Shown here piece by piece: positions 36,340 through 48,060 of a stretch of 64,000 nucleotides of DNA (its first letter is position 1; the number at the start of each line of letters is the position of its first letter). This DNA comes from Vicugna vicugna (Eukaryota). A model generated the notes under the pieces. That model had not been told where the DNA came from. It saw only the letters and a program-made list of their open reading frames with translations, and ran no database searches. The translations under genes and the position numbers were made by a program. The stretch is taken from the NCBI GenBank assembly GCA_013265495.1, contig MU058103.1, positions 248,001-312,000 on the forward strand. The letters run 5' to 3'.

Positions 36340-39300
36340 TCACTTCTAGCTATAATGGAGTAACTTGTTTCAGACAAGCACTCTTGAGGAGAAAAAAACC
36401 AAACTAAAATAATTTGATAAAATGAAAAACACAGAAAGTAGGACTTGAAGGTTCTAGACTCCAGGGAGAAAGGAGTTTGATACTCTGCCTTTGTATAGCC
36501 TTGATAAATCTGCTCCTTCACAAGCAATGCATAGCGTAGAAAATGAGAAGAAAGTGGCAGTTCAAAATCTTCAGTGGTCTATGGGCAGGAGAGACAAAAG
36601 CTGAAGTTTAAGATTACCAAAGCAGTGAGACCTCACGCAGGAAAATCATATTTTCTTTTTGGAAAGACAAAACTGGGAAGTGAATGTTACATTCTTTACA
36701 AATTGTCCATTTGGGCATTTTTTGACTCCTGTTTTCTGATTTGACATTCAGCTGGAATATGGGATGCCACTAAGAAATAATAGATATGATCCCAAGAAAC
36801 TAAGTTTTATTTTGGTGATCTCACATTGCTGGAGAGACAAAAAATGTGTTCAAGGTCTGTCAAAGACTAGAGGCTCTGATAAATACATTGGACTTTTAGT
36901 ATAATTATTTAAGTTTTTGTTTCAATGAAGGCCAAGGTTATGTGTCCAAATTATGTTTAAGCCATTGGAGGAAGGAAAATAGAGTGTCTCTGGGGGGAAT
37001 AATTTTTTATATGATGTCCAGTTATCAATTAAAAAATACAGGAATGCTAAGATAAAGCCAAATGGCCTAAGACCAATAGGAAAAAAAATACAGAAACAAG
37101 TCTACAGGTGCTCCAAATATTGAAAATATAATGCACAGTCTTTATAATATGTGTGATTAATTTTATAAAAAGTAGGTAACAAAAGGGAAAATCTCACCAG
37201 AGAAATAGTTGTCTGTTTTTTAAATCATCAGCTACCATAGTTGAAAAGGCCAATAACTGAAATTAGGAACATAATAGATTGAATTCACAGCAGATTGGAT
37301 ACAACAAAAAAAGAAAATTAGTGAATTAAAAAACAGATCTATAGAAAATGTCTAGACTGGAGCATGGTGAAAATGTCTAACAAAACTATAGTTTGTGTCC
37401 CTTGAGATGTTTAAAAAAAAAAAAGTCCAAAAGCAATATTTGAAGAGATACTATTCTGTAATTTTCCCAAACTGATGAAACATTAAAATAGTCATCCATG
37501 GTTTCGAGATTAAAAACACACACACACAATTCTACAACCCTTAATCAGAATGAATAAAAAGAAATGAACAACTAGACATACCATAATAAAAACACTAAAA
37601 GCCAAAGACAAATAGAAGTCTTGAAAGCAGCCTAAACACTGAAGACACACTGCACACAAAGGACTATCAGCAATCCTGAGAGCTAACTTCTCTATAGAAA
37701 CAATGGAGTCACACAAAGATATGATATCATATTTGAAGTGCAGAAACAAAATTTCATAATCAAAAACTGACAGAATTTATTACCAACAGAGCAGCATTAA
37801 AAAATTCTGAGAGTTAAAGAAAAAAGGTAAACATGTGAGTACATCTGCATCAGTAGTGATTGTACAAAACAATGATAATTATGTATTAGTTTTTTAAATG
37901 AGTAGAATTAAAATTTGTGTCAAGAATGATGCAAAAAGATTGAAGAAATAAGTTAAAGTGACCTAATGTCCTTTCGTTGTCTGTAAAGTGATAAAGTTCT
38001 AAATACAAGTAGTTTGTAATAGAGAAGGGATGTATATTACAACTCTTGTCACTCACTAAAATAATAAAAAGTTACCTCTATAAGTAGCAATTTACTAAAG
38101 GGGAATTATTCATGGTAAAATAGATTATTCCAAAGAAGGCAATAAAGAATAGAAATAGCAATAGTAAAAACAAAATACACACACATAAACCCTCCCCCCC
38201 AAAAAAATAAAAGCAGACAATGAGATGGCTTATTCAAACTCATCTATAACTGTGCATTTTTAAAAGTGGACTAAATATTTCAAAAAAAATCACCATTATG
38301 AGACTGATTAAATAAATACAATATCCAACTACATATTGCTCAGAAGAGACCACCTTAAGTATAAAGACAGAGAAGATTAACTGTGAAATTTTATATCATT
38401 AAGACCTTGATCAAAGAAAGCTTGTTTTAGCTATTATATTTTCAGACTAAGTAGATGTTAAGGCAAGAAATATTACTGAAGATAAAGGGAGACATTTCTA
38501 ATTGGCAGACGTGTCATTCCACAAGAAAAGGTATAATCAATTCTGAAGGTCATATGCACCTAATGTCATAAGGTTAAAATATGTAAATTAAAACTGGTTG
38601 AATTAAAAATAAAAATATAAAAATCAATAATCATAATGAGAAAGTTTAATATATTTCTGATAAAATGGATATATAAAAACTACAGGCATGAGAAATTTGG
38701 AAAACATGATTAACATACTTGACCTTACATATTTATCTAAAACTGAACCTAAACATGCGGACTGGATTTTTTTTTTAAAGTCCAAATGAGACATTTACCC
38801 CAAATAATTAAGGGATGGGCTATAAGACAAGTCTCAGCAAATGTCAAAGAAATGAAATGATAGAGTGTGTCTCTTGCCTCAGTAAAATTAATCTAAATGT
38901 CTATTAAAAAGAGTGATCAGAGAACTCCAAACTACATACATACTAAGTAATGCCCTTCTTAATTACAGACCAAAGAAATCATAATACAAATTAGGACAGA
39001 TCTTTAACTGAATCATAATAAAAATAACTGCATATCAAACCTCCCAAAATAAAGACAAAATGATAAGGGGAGATTTACAACTTTAAATGTATACAATAGA
39101 GAAGCAAAAAGCTGAAAAACAGTGACTCACATATCTGTCTTAGTAAATTGAAATAAATCGGAGTATAAAATGTGGAAAGGACAGAAATAATAAAGATACA
39201 GGAAAAAATAAATGAAATAAGAACAAAATATGCAAAAGAGTAATATTAACACTCAAAAATTAATTCTTTAACAAGGTTAATAAGAGTTGAACCTCCAGCA

Positions 39301-41380
39301 AGCCATATCTATGTAAATATAAGAAGATGATGGGTGACATAAACATAAAAGAATAACAGATTCTAGATATACACTATAAACACAATAAAATGATGTTATT
39401 AATACCTTTATGTATGTAAGTCTAAAATGTTGGATGAAATGGAAGTATTTTTAGGAAAATACAATTTCCCAAACTGGTAAAAAAAAAAAAAATAGAACAT
39501 CTAAGTATCCCTATAAGCAATTTAATAAATTTACTTCATAATTTTAGTTTTTTACACAAAGAAAATTCTAGATCCTGATGACTTCATTGGTGACATACTC
39601 TAAAATTGGAAGAAGAAATGCTACAAATCTCACAAAATCTTCCAGAGTAGAAAAAGAGGGAATATTTCTCAGTTCATTTTATGAAGCTGGCAAAAGCGTA
39701 TGTTCTGTCTAGATCAAGTAACGAAAATATAGTCCATCCTCTTTCATGACAAGAAAGAAATCTTCAATAAAATATTAACAAATTCAACCCAATGATATGT
39801 AAAATAATATTATGTTACAAGCAAAATGAGTTTATTCTAGGAATTAAAGGTAAAGATTAAAAATAAAATCAATTAATGCAATTCACATCATTAACAGGGT
39901 CAAGTATAAGAGTCATGTCCCTTTGAAAGAAATAGGAAAAATACTTGATAAAATTAAACATACATTTAACATAAAACTGTCTGCAAAGTAGGAGTAATAG
40001 TAAACTTTTTTACTCTGATAATGTACATCAACATTCTACTTAAGAGTGAAATAGCTCTTTCCCTGAGAGAAAAAATAAGACAAAGACCCCTCTATCACAA
40101 TTTCTTTCTAATATTGTACTGCATCACTAGTGCAATAAGGCAAGAAATAAATAAACACATAAATAAAAGGTATCATGATTGCAAAGGAAGAAATAAGAAT
40201 ATTATTATATGTGCATAACAGTATATATTGAAAATTGGAAAGTACCTGTAAGTAAACAAGTACAATTAAAATGTGAATTTAGCAAGACAATTAGGAAATG
40301 AATATTTTTAAAATAAAATTTAAACCATGTGAAAGTATCAAACACCTCAGAGAAAAACACAATAAATTAGGCTTCACTAAATTTCATCAAAACACACTTA
40401 AAAGAGTAAAAGAATAGCCATAGACTAAGACAATATTTTTCTGTATTTATTTAACCAAAATTTCATCTCTTGTCTAGAATGTAAAAGAACTACATCAATA
40501 AGAAAAAGGGAGATTCTGCAATTAAAACTAGTCTAAATACTTGAGCAGGCATTTCACAAAAGAGGACTTCCAAAGGGCCGTAAACATATGAAAGGATCCA
40601 TTATTAGTCATAAGGGAACTAAAAATTAAACAAAATGAGGTACTAATACCTACAGTATGTTTTAAAATTATAATATATTAAATATTATATTTAAAACAGA
40701 ATTAACACATGTTATATTTATTTTATATAGTTAATATTTATAAATATGTAATACAGTAAATTTATAATTATATTCAATACAATAAAATTTTTAGCATATG
40801 GATTTAATATCTATATATACTATATAATAAAATAAAATAAAATATTTAAATATACATATTTGACATTACCAAGCGTTGTTAAAGATGTAGGGCAACTGTT
40901 AACTCTTTCACTTTTCTCACAGTGTGAAATGGTGCAATTTGGAAAATTGTGTGGCAATTAAAATTGAATCTATACACATTCTCCAACCAACAATTTCACT
41001 GCTAGTTACATCTCTATATCCAACTGACATATGTAAGTTGCCAAAAGCATGTACAGGTATGATCATAGCAGCACTATTACTAACAGCCAAATATTGAAGC
41101 GGCCTGATGTCCATCAGTAATGGAATGGATAATTAAGTTATAGTAAATTTATATATTATTTAAAGGCAAGCAATAAAAATTAATGAACAAAGTACTTTTA
41201 AATTCAGTAAGAAGAATGAATGTTGCACACATAATGTTGAACAATGAAGTGTAATATAAATGATGTATTCAGTAGGATTAATTTTCATAAAGTTCAAATA
41301 TAGGGAAAATGTTGGAAAACTGGTTATCTTTGGCTGTGGGTTTTGATTAGCAGGGGGTTACAGAGGTGCTTCTGAAAAAC
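36340..41380 (+). mobile_element. Ancient, highly degenerate near-full-length L1 (L1MC/MD/ME-like)
   Basis: A-rich strand. ORF1 remnants at ~37250-37800 (ttgaagagata...aattttcccaaactgatgaaa; acaactagacatacc). ORF2 remnants at 38220-40630 (agtctcagcaaat; atgacttcattggtga; ttcattttatgaagc; ggcatttcacaaaagagga). Old-type 3'UTR at 40860-41380. No intact ORF. Confidence 0.85.
40655..40860. repeat. AT-rich low-complexity tract inside the old L1
   Basis: About 200 bp of almost pure A/T. Confidence 0.8.
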
Positions 41381-41529
41381 CAGTTTCCTAGTACATGATG
41401 CTATATCTGGTCCATATATAAGGAAATAAAAGATGAGTGGATTGCACAGACATTATCAGGACAGAGTTGGAAGAGGCTGTGACTCAGATGCCTTAGGAAT
41501 TTTTGCAATTGGTCTATTCATGCCATCTT

Positions 41530-42215
41530 TCATTCATTTATTCATTCATCCATTCATTTAATAAATAAATCTATCAATTAATTAAACATTTTGTTGTTTC
41601 TACTATGTGACAAGTATGGTCCTGGGATAAATGATGAACAACTCAGGCAAGAATCTGTTCTCATAAACCTTATAGTGTGGTGGGAAAGTCATACAGTAAA
41701 ATAGTAAAGAGATAAACAAGAGAATCACATTATTTATGCTGTTAAAAATTAAGATAAGGTGGTGAGATAAAGTCTAATTGGGTAAGCCAGTTGAGAGGAG
41801 ACTATTTTGAAGAGGTGACATCTAAACTAGTATTCAAAGCATGAAAGTGAACCAGTATTTCCAGCAAAGAAAATCTTAAGTGACAAAGGGTGAGAAAGTA
41901 CACTCTCTAAGAAGCAAGCAGAAAACAGTTTTGGAGAGGGAGGGTGTAGCTCAGTGGTAGAGTGTGTGCTTAGCAAGCACTAGGTCCTGGGTTCAATCCC
42001 CAGTACAACCATTAAAATCAAATAAACAAACCTGATTTCCCCCTGCCAAAAAAAAAAAAAAAGAAAGAAAAGAAAGAAAGAAAACAGTGTGGCTGAAGCA
42101 TAATGAGTGAAGGAGAAGATGATATGTGGTGTTTTAAAAAATGTAAGCAGCTTATGCCTGGCCTTGTATGCCTTAGTAAGAAGAATGTAATTTAATCTAT
42201 GAATAATATAAAGTA
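41530..42215 (-). mobile_element. L2 (interrupted by a SINE)
   Basis: ttcattcatttattcattcatccattcatt tail, tactatgtgacaag, ttgaagaggtgacatctaaactag, cagtgtggctgaagcataatgagtgaagg. Confidence 0.75.
41933..42078 (+). mobile_element. tRNA-derived SINE, Vic-1-like (camelid)
   Basis: gggagggtgtagctcagtggtagagtgtgtgcttagcaagcactaggtcctgggttcaatccccagtac. A-box TAGCTCAGTGG at 41947-41957, B-box GGTTCAATCC at 41990-41999, A-rich tail. TSD agaaaacagt at 41920-41929 and 42079-42088. Confidence 0.9.
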
Positions 42216-42225
42216 ATATGTCAAC

Positions 42226-42580
42226 TGTCTTAGTTCATTTGAGCTGCTTTAATGAAATACCACAGACTGAGTGGTTTACAAAAACAGAAGTGTTTCTCAT
42301 AGCTGGTGGCTGGAAGTCTGGGATCAAGGTGCCAGCACAGTCTGGTGAGGGCCCTCTTCTGGGTCTCAGAATCCTCCATGTATTCTCACATGGTGGAAGG
42401 GTGCAAGGGAGCTCTCTCAGGTCTCTTATATAAGGGCATTAGTCCCATTTCAGGGGTGCTCTTCCCCTATAACCTAATTACCTCCCAAAGCTCCCATCAC
42501 CTAATACTGTTGTCTTTGGGATTAGGTTATAGTATACAGATTTGGCGAAAACGGGGACCATGAGTATTTAGTCCACAGCC
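42226..42580 (-). mobile_element. MLT1A-like solo LTR
   Basis: tgtcttagttcatttgagctgc...aaataccacagactgagtgg...tcaaggtgccagca...ctcacatggtggaagg...acctaattacctcccaaag. Confidence 0.9.
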
Positions 42581-42730
42581 ACAGCAAAGCTACTTCTAGG
42601 CTATATCTGCTGGTGGGCTGTCACTTGTACTTCCTGCCCTGATTGTGCTTGACTCAGTCACTGGGTATACAGGACTAACCTGCACTTGTCAGGCATCACT
42701 GACTCCAGCTCTAAGTTAATAAAGTTAAAG

Positions 42731-43136
42731 CAATGTTTCTCAGCCCTGACTGTTCATTAGAATTTCCTGGGAAGTGTTTAAAAATCCAGCTGCCCAGGCC
42801 TTACCGAAAGTCTGTTACATCATAATCCCTGAAACTGGGGCACAGGCATTTTTTTTAATTGAGATATAGTTGATTTATAATGTTGTCTTAATTTTTGGTG
42901 TACAGCATCGTGATTCATATATATATATGTGTGTGTGTGTGTGTATGTGTGTGTATTCTTTTTCACATTCTTTTTCACTATAAGCCATTACAAGGTATTG
43001 AATATGGTTCCCTGTGCCATACAGTAGGACCTTGTTGTTTTTTATATATAGTAGTTTATATCTACAAATCCTGAGTGTTTGTATTTTTAAATTTCCCCAT
43101 GTGATACCCATGTGTAGCCAGGGTTGGGAGCTGCTG
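42731..43136. mobile_element. MER5A-like hAT MITE with perfect 8-bp TSD, split by an L1 fragment
   Basis: caatgtttctcagccctgactgttcattagaat...gtgatacccatgtgtagccagggttgggagctgctg. TSD agttaaag at 42723-42730 and 43137-43144. Confidence 0.85.
42849..43074 (-). mobile_element. L1 3'UTR tip with internal (TA)n(TG)n repeat
   Basis: ttttttaattgagatatagttgatttataatgttg...ggtgtacagcatcgtgattca...gttccctgtgccatacagtaggaccttgttg. Confidence 0.9.
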
Positions 43137-44279
43137 AGTTAAAGGTCAGCAGCCTTCACAAGGCAGGTGAGAGACTTCAGTTAGGTCACTTGTGTGTTGC
43201 TTCTAAACATCAGCTCTTCTAAGCATAACCCTGCTATCAGCAGACAGTAACATGCGCATTCCTTCCACGGCTCTGGAAGGACTTTCTATTTTTATGCTAG
43301 ACCACACCCACATGCATAGAACACAACTGAAAAAAAAGACTGCCCTGGTGAGCCCACTGATCATGGTTCAAAGATTAATTTTCTTAGAAATGATTTCCCA
43401 GATTTATAGTTCAAGGTGAAAAAAGGGAATGGAAGTTCTCAACAAATGACAGCTAAGGAAATTTCCAATGATCACCTCCCACTGAAATTTTAAGAATAAT
43501 ACGCCTATGAAAGTAAAAGAAGTAGCTGAAACTTTAGTCAAAGGGGCTGAGTTGGGATCAGCAAGCATGGGACTAATATAAAGAGAGTTAAGGCAAATGC
43601 CTGAGAATTCGGTATCAGTTGAGTAATTCCATTTTTACCTCATATTCGAATACCTTATTCTCTTTTAAGAACTATTCAGTGTAGTTAAATGGCACTTTAA
43701 CTTTAATTGTAATTCAGAAACCTAAAATCACTTTATATTCATTTATCAAATGACTAACCCACCTTACTGTTCATTTGATAGCAGATTTGGTGATAACAAT
43801 GAAACAGAGAGAGAAGTGTGCCCATGGAAAATAAAAAATAGAATCCTGAAATATCTTTTACTTTTTCTTTTCTCTTATAAGGTTAGGAAAAAAATATTAC
43901 TTAAGGAATAAAAAGTATATATACATAGAGTGAGAATTTTTGCATTTAGATTTGACAGGGTAATTTATAGATCATTCTGAAGAGTTTGGATAAAGGCAGA
44001 TAACCAAGATTGCAGAATGAGTCACAACTAGCCAGAAAATGGCCTATCATTCTTGTGAGGGAAAAATGTTAGAGGCATTTTATGAACATTTTGTCCAAAT
44101 CCCTTTCCCCTTTTACAGGACAGGAAAGAGAATGAATAATATCTCTTTTGTTTGCGGCTAGAGCAGAGTGAGTGGGAGACACTGGAAAGTAAGAGTAGAG
44201 ATGTAGGCATGAGCTATGAGGTCCATGGAGGTCCACTGAGATGAAGGTCCAAGGAGATGAAGACAGATGTCTTTCAATA

Positions 44280-45125
44280 ACAACCACTATTTAGGGAGCA
44301 CAAACTAGGGGTTAGGTATGGGGGACAAAATGGTGAAAAAGACAAAAGTCTTTCTTCCCAGTATGTATAATCTATTGGGAATTAAACCATTCAGTGATGA
44401 ATATATTGATGTGAGACACTGCAGACTGCTCTGGTAAGCAAACCTATTCCAAGAGCCCCAGCTGCCTTCATAAGAAGGAGACTCTTTAAGATGAGATCTG
44501 AAAAGAAAGAAGTAAGCACTTATCCAATAGAGGGAAAGGGTAGAGGCATGTTTCAGATCAAAGGAAAATAATGTATGAAGAAGACTCAGTGATGAGAGAA
44601 AACAGGCACAACTGAGAGACTGAAATAATTTTTGGAATGCCTGGAATAGGACTGAAATAAAGAGAAGGGGGTTTGTTGCCAGATACTATGAAAAGTAAAA
44701 TTGAGAGAAAACCCTCTAATACCTGGATAAGGGGTTTGTGTTTCATTCCAAGGGCAAGGGGACTCAATGGATGGTTTTAAAAGGGGATGCATGCTGCACA
44801 CCAGAAATTGACACATTGTAACTGACTATACTTCAATAAAAAGGGGGTGCAACATAATCAGATTTGTATTTCAGAATAATTACTCTGGCTATAGTGTGTC
44901 GAAAGAATTATAGAAGATAAAATGTGAAGGAAGACTGAGATGGGACATATTTTGAAGAGCCCAGGGAAGAGATGATGGTGGCTTGGATCAGAAAGGAGAA
45001 AGATGGACAGATACGAAGGATATTTTAGAGGTAGAATTGATGACCTAGTGACTAATTTAATGTATAAGGGAAAGGGAGAAGTCACGTATGGCTTCCTAGT
45101 ACCTGAGTAGAGCAACTGAAGGACA
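44280..45125 (-). mobile_element. L2
   Basis: atgagatctgaaaaga..., cagatttgtatttcagaataattactctggctatagtgtg, gatattttagaggtagaattga. Confidence 0.75.
44792..44838 (+). mobile_element. 47-bp L1 3' tip insertion
   Basis: tgctgcacaccagaaattgacacattgtaactgactatacttcaata. TSD aaaaggggatgca (44779-44791) / aaaagggggtgca (44839-44851). Confidence 0.88.
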
Positions 45126-45429
45126 CTGGCTATGAGGTTTAGGCAGTAAGACTAATTCCAGAACCCACCACTACTGCCCTGAGTATAGAGATTTTCTCAT
45201 TGAAGTAGGAAATGTTTGAAATGCTTCTCTTGGGATACTATACCTTTCTCACTAAATTGTGTGAGCTGAATGCACAATATATATGGAAGAACTTAGGGAT
45301 GTTATACCACTCCCAAATGTAAGGCATGATTAGTAACAGTTGAGAAGGATCTGTCTTGTTTGGATTAGACCCCACTTGGTGAATAGAAATATGAAAATTG
45401 AGTTTCCTACCTTCCTTCATCAGTTCGGG

Positions 45430-45771
45430 ATATTGTAGCAAATATCCTGAACAGGGTAACTTATAAACAACAGAAATTTATTTCTCACAGTTCTGGAGTT
45501 GGGAAGTCTAAGATCCAGGTGTTGACAGATTCCATACCTCATGAGAACCTGCTTCCTTGTTCACAGATAGCATCTTCTCCTTGTGTCCTCACATGGTGGA
45601 AGGGACTTGGGGACTCCTTAGGGGCCCTTTTATGAGAGCACTAATCCCACTTTTGAGAGCCCCACCCTTATATCTGGTCTCCTCTTAAAGGCCTCGACTA
45701 CCATCTCATTGAGGGTTTATTTCAACATATGAATTTGATAGGGGCGGGCACAAACATTCAGTCTATATCAC
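45430..45771 (-). mobile_element. MLT1A/B-like solo LTR
   Basis: aacaacagaaatttatttctcacagttctggag...aagtctaagatc...tgtgtcctcacatggtggaagg...gcactaatccca...ttcaacatatgaattt...cacaaacattcagtctata. Confidence 0.9.
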
Positions 45772-46529
45772 CACCTGAGAAGACAGGACTAAAAATTAGC
45801 TCAGGGTTTGACTCCAGTTCCAGATAAGATCATCATACCATGAACTTGAAATAGCTGTTGCTTGGTCAATTGGGGTGAGGGGGATCAGCAGTGTTCACAT
45901 CAGCCCTAATAGATATTGAGTTATGAGCAGCAAAATCAATTTCAGACACCAATGGCTAGTGGGACAGGGTGTGCTCAGAAATAAATTATGTACTAAGTAA
46001 GGCTGATCCTGCAGGCTAAAGGTCTTAAGTTTCTGTAAGAGATTAGAGCCAGACCTTTCTGGATAGACAAACAAGGTCACATAAATCAATTTAAGATTCT
46101 ACCAAAGGGAGACTGTTTAGACAAAAAGAAGATAAAATATTCTGAAAATCTGGCAATGATCACTTATGTACCAGGGAAAGCTAATAGCTTTGGAATTTAT
46201 GCTAGATGTTCATTAGGGAAATTATAATAAATTCAAATTTAAAAAGAATAAAGCATCCTAGCACCTTTACCAATAGAAGATAAAAGAAAGTATACAGGAT
46301 TTCTCTCACAAAAGTTTTGGAGCTTGATTTTGTAAGCTACATAAGAGTGTTTTCATTGTCTAAAATAAATAGCACTGGGTTTACAGAGATGTCAATTTGG
46401 TCTATCTTAGCATGGCAAATGTAAAAATGAACTGCAGGAAGAAAAGACAGCTGTACTGGGAGGTGTCCATTTTCAAAATGCAATCTAGTTCTATGTTCAA
46501 AAATATTTAGAGAGTTTGCATAATATTTC

Positions 46530-47050
46530 ACATCTTTAATGCTCACTTTCTGTTGGCAAATAGAGCAAGCATGATAAGGAAGAAAGTGTCTGTCTTTAAA
46601 GGAGCTCAGAGTTCTGCTGGGAACAATTACAACACAATGAGAGAAGTATGTGGGAGTGAAATTAGCAACAAACTGTGACATTCAAAAGATGTCCCTAAAC
46701 TGCCTGAGGGGGTTGAGAAAGACTTCACTTAGATGCCAAAGAGTAGAGCCATGGAGGATAAAGTATAGTTCAGCAGGTGAAGAAGAAAAGAAAGGGCATT
46801 CTGGGTTCTTGTAAAGGCACTGAGTGACAGAGAGCGATGGGTTTGGAAAAGAATGAGGAGCCTGGTGTGCAGGAAAAGAGATCTGGGGCTTAATGTAAAG
46901 GGCCTTGTATGCCTTCTTAAGGAGTTTCAACGTTACACTATAGAAAATAGAATAATGGGACATAAATGACTCACGGTTTTTGGAAGGATACCTGGGGATA
47001 CTGAAGAGGTATGATCAGAGAGATGGGTTAGAAATTGTCAGAAGAATCTA
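46530..47050 (-). mobile_element. L2
   Basis: ctttaaaggagctcagagtt...gagaaagacttcact...aaagggcattctggg...tgtaaagggccttgtatgcc...aaggagttt. Confidence 0.65.
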
Positions 47051-47076
47051 ACTAAGAGTAAGTGTCTTACTCAGGA

Positions 47077-47300
47077 ATTTGAGATTTGCAGATATTAACT
47101 ACTATATATAAAATAAATAACAAGCTTATACTGTATAGCATAGGCAACTACATTTAGTATCTTGTAGTAACCTATATTGAAAAAGAATATGAAAAGGAAT
47201 ATATATATGTATATGTGTTACTGAAACATTATGCTGTACAGCAGAAATTGACACAACATCACAAGCCGACTATAATTCAATAAAATAAATAAATAAATAA
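47077..47300 (+). mobile_element. L1 3'UTR tip with (TAAA)n tail
   Basis: atttgagatttgcagatattaactactatatataaaata...tactgtatagcataggcaacta...tgctgtacagcagaaattgacacaaca...ttcaataaaataaataaat. Possible TSD actcagga / acccagga. Confidence 0.9.
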
Positions 47301-47599
47301 ACCCAGGAGGCAGCAATAACACAGAGAGAACTCAGGCTAGAAGACTATTACTGATACCGAATTGACAGGAGCTACAGTTTACCACATATTTATTTAGTTC
47401 ACAATCTCTCATAGTCAATTATAGTGCATTCAGTAGCTTGAAAGACAAGAGTTCCACCAAGGACTTCCCATGTATTTGGTTAAGGAGACTAAGCCTTTTG
47501 ATGTCTAATATTTTATTTAGAAATTTCACCTACTGATGTGGTGCTACTCCCACCCCAACCCCAGTTTTTTGGTTGTGATGTTAGAGGGAAATTCCACAT

Positions 47600-48060
47600 A
47601 GTAAACAAGTGTATGGAATTCTTTTATAAACTAGTTGAACATTTCAGAACAACTAAAAGAGCCTTAACAGACCTAGAGCAGCAGGAGTTTACAAATGAAA
47701 ATTCATGGTAGACAAGCTAAGTTCCTTCCTTTGATAAATTCTCAAAATTAATGGGTAGAAGGGAAAATGTGATATATTTAGGTATTAGCAAAACATCTGA
47801 TACTATGTCTGATGATATTTTACTTGCAAATTTATTTTAAATGAGCTTAGATGACAAGAAAATCAGTCAGATTAGAATTGAGGATAGGCTTATAAAACAA
47901 AAAGTAACAAATGCTAGGTCTGGTCTTAACATTTTTATTTAAGATCTAGAATGGTAGAGTAAATGGCATATTATTAGAAATGTCAAATGACACTAAGTTT
48001 ACAGGATTACAAAGAATGCAGATTTCACACTGCGAGGAAAAAAAAAATTGACCCTGATAG
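47600..48060 (+). mobile_element. CR1/L3 LINE reverse-transcriptase fossil
   Basis: DNA matches degenerate CR1 RT motifs: cagcaggagtttac (QHGF-like), gtgatatatttaggtattagcaaaacatctgatact (VIYLDFSKAFD-like), aacatttttatttaagatcta (NIFINDL-like), aaatgtcaaatgacactaag (KFADDTK-like). Confidence 0.65.

Noticed and set aside
41938..42010. tRNA gene
   Set aside because: No intact acceptor stem; the TSD and A-rich tail show it is a SINE
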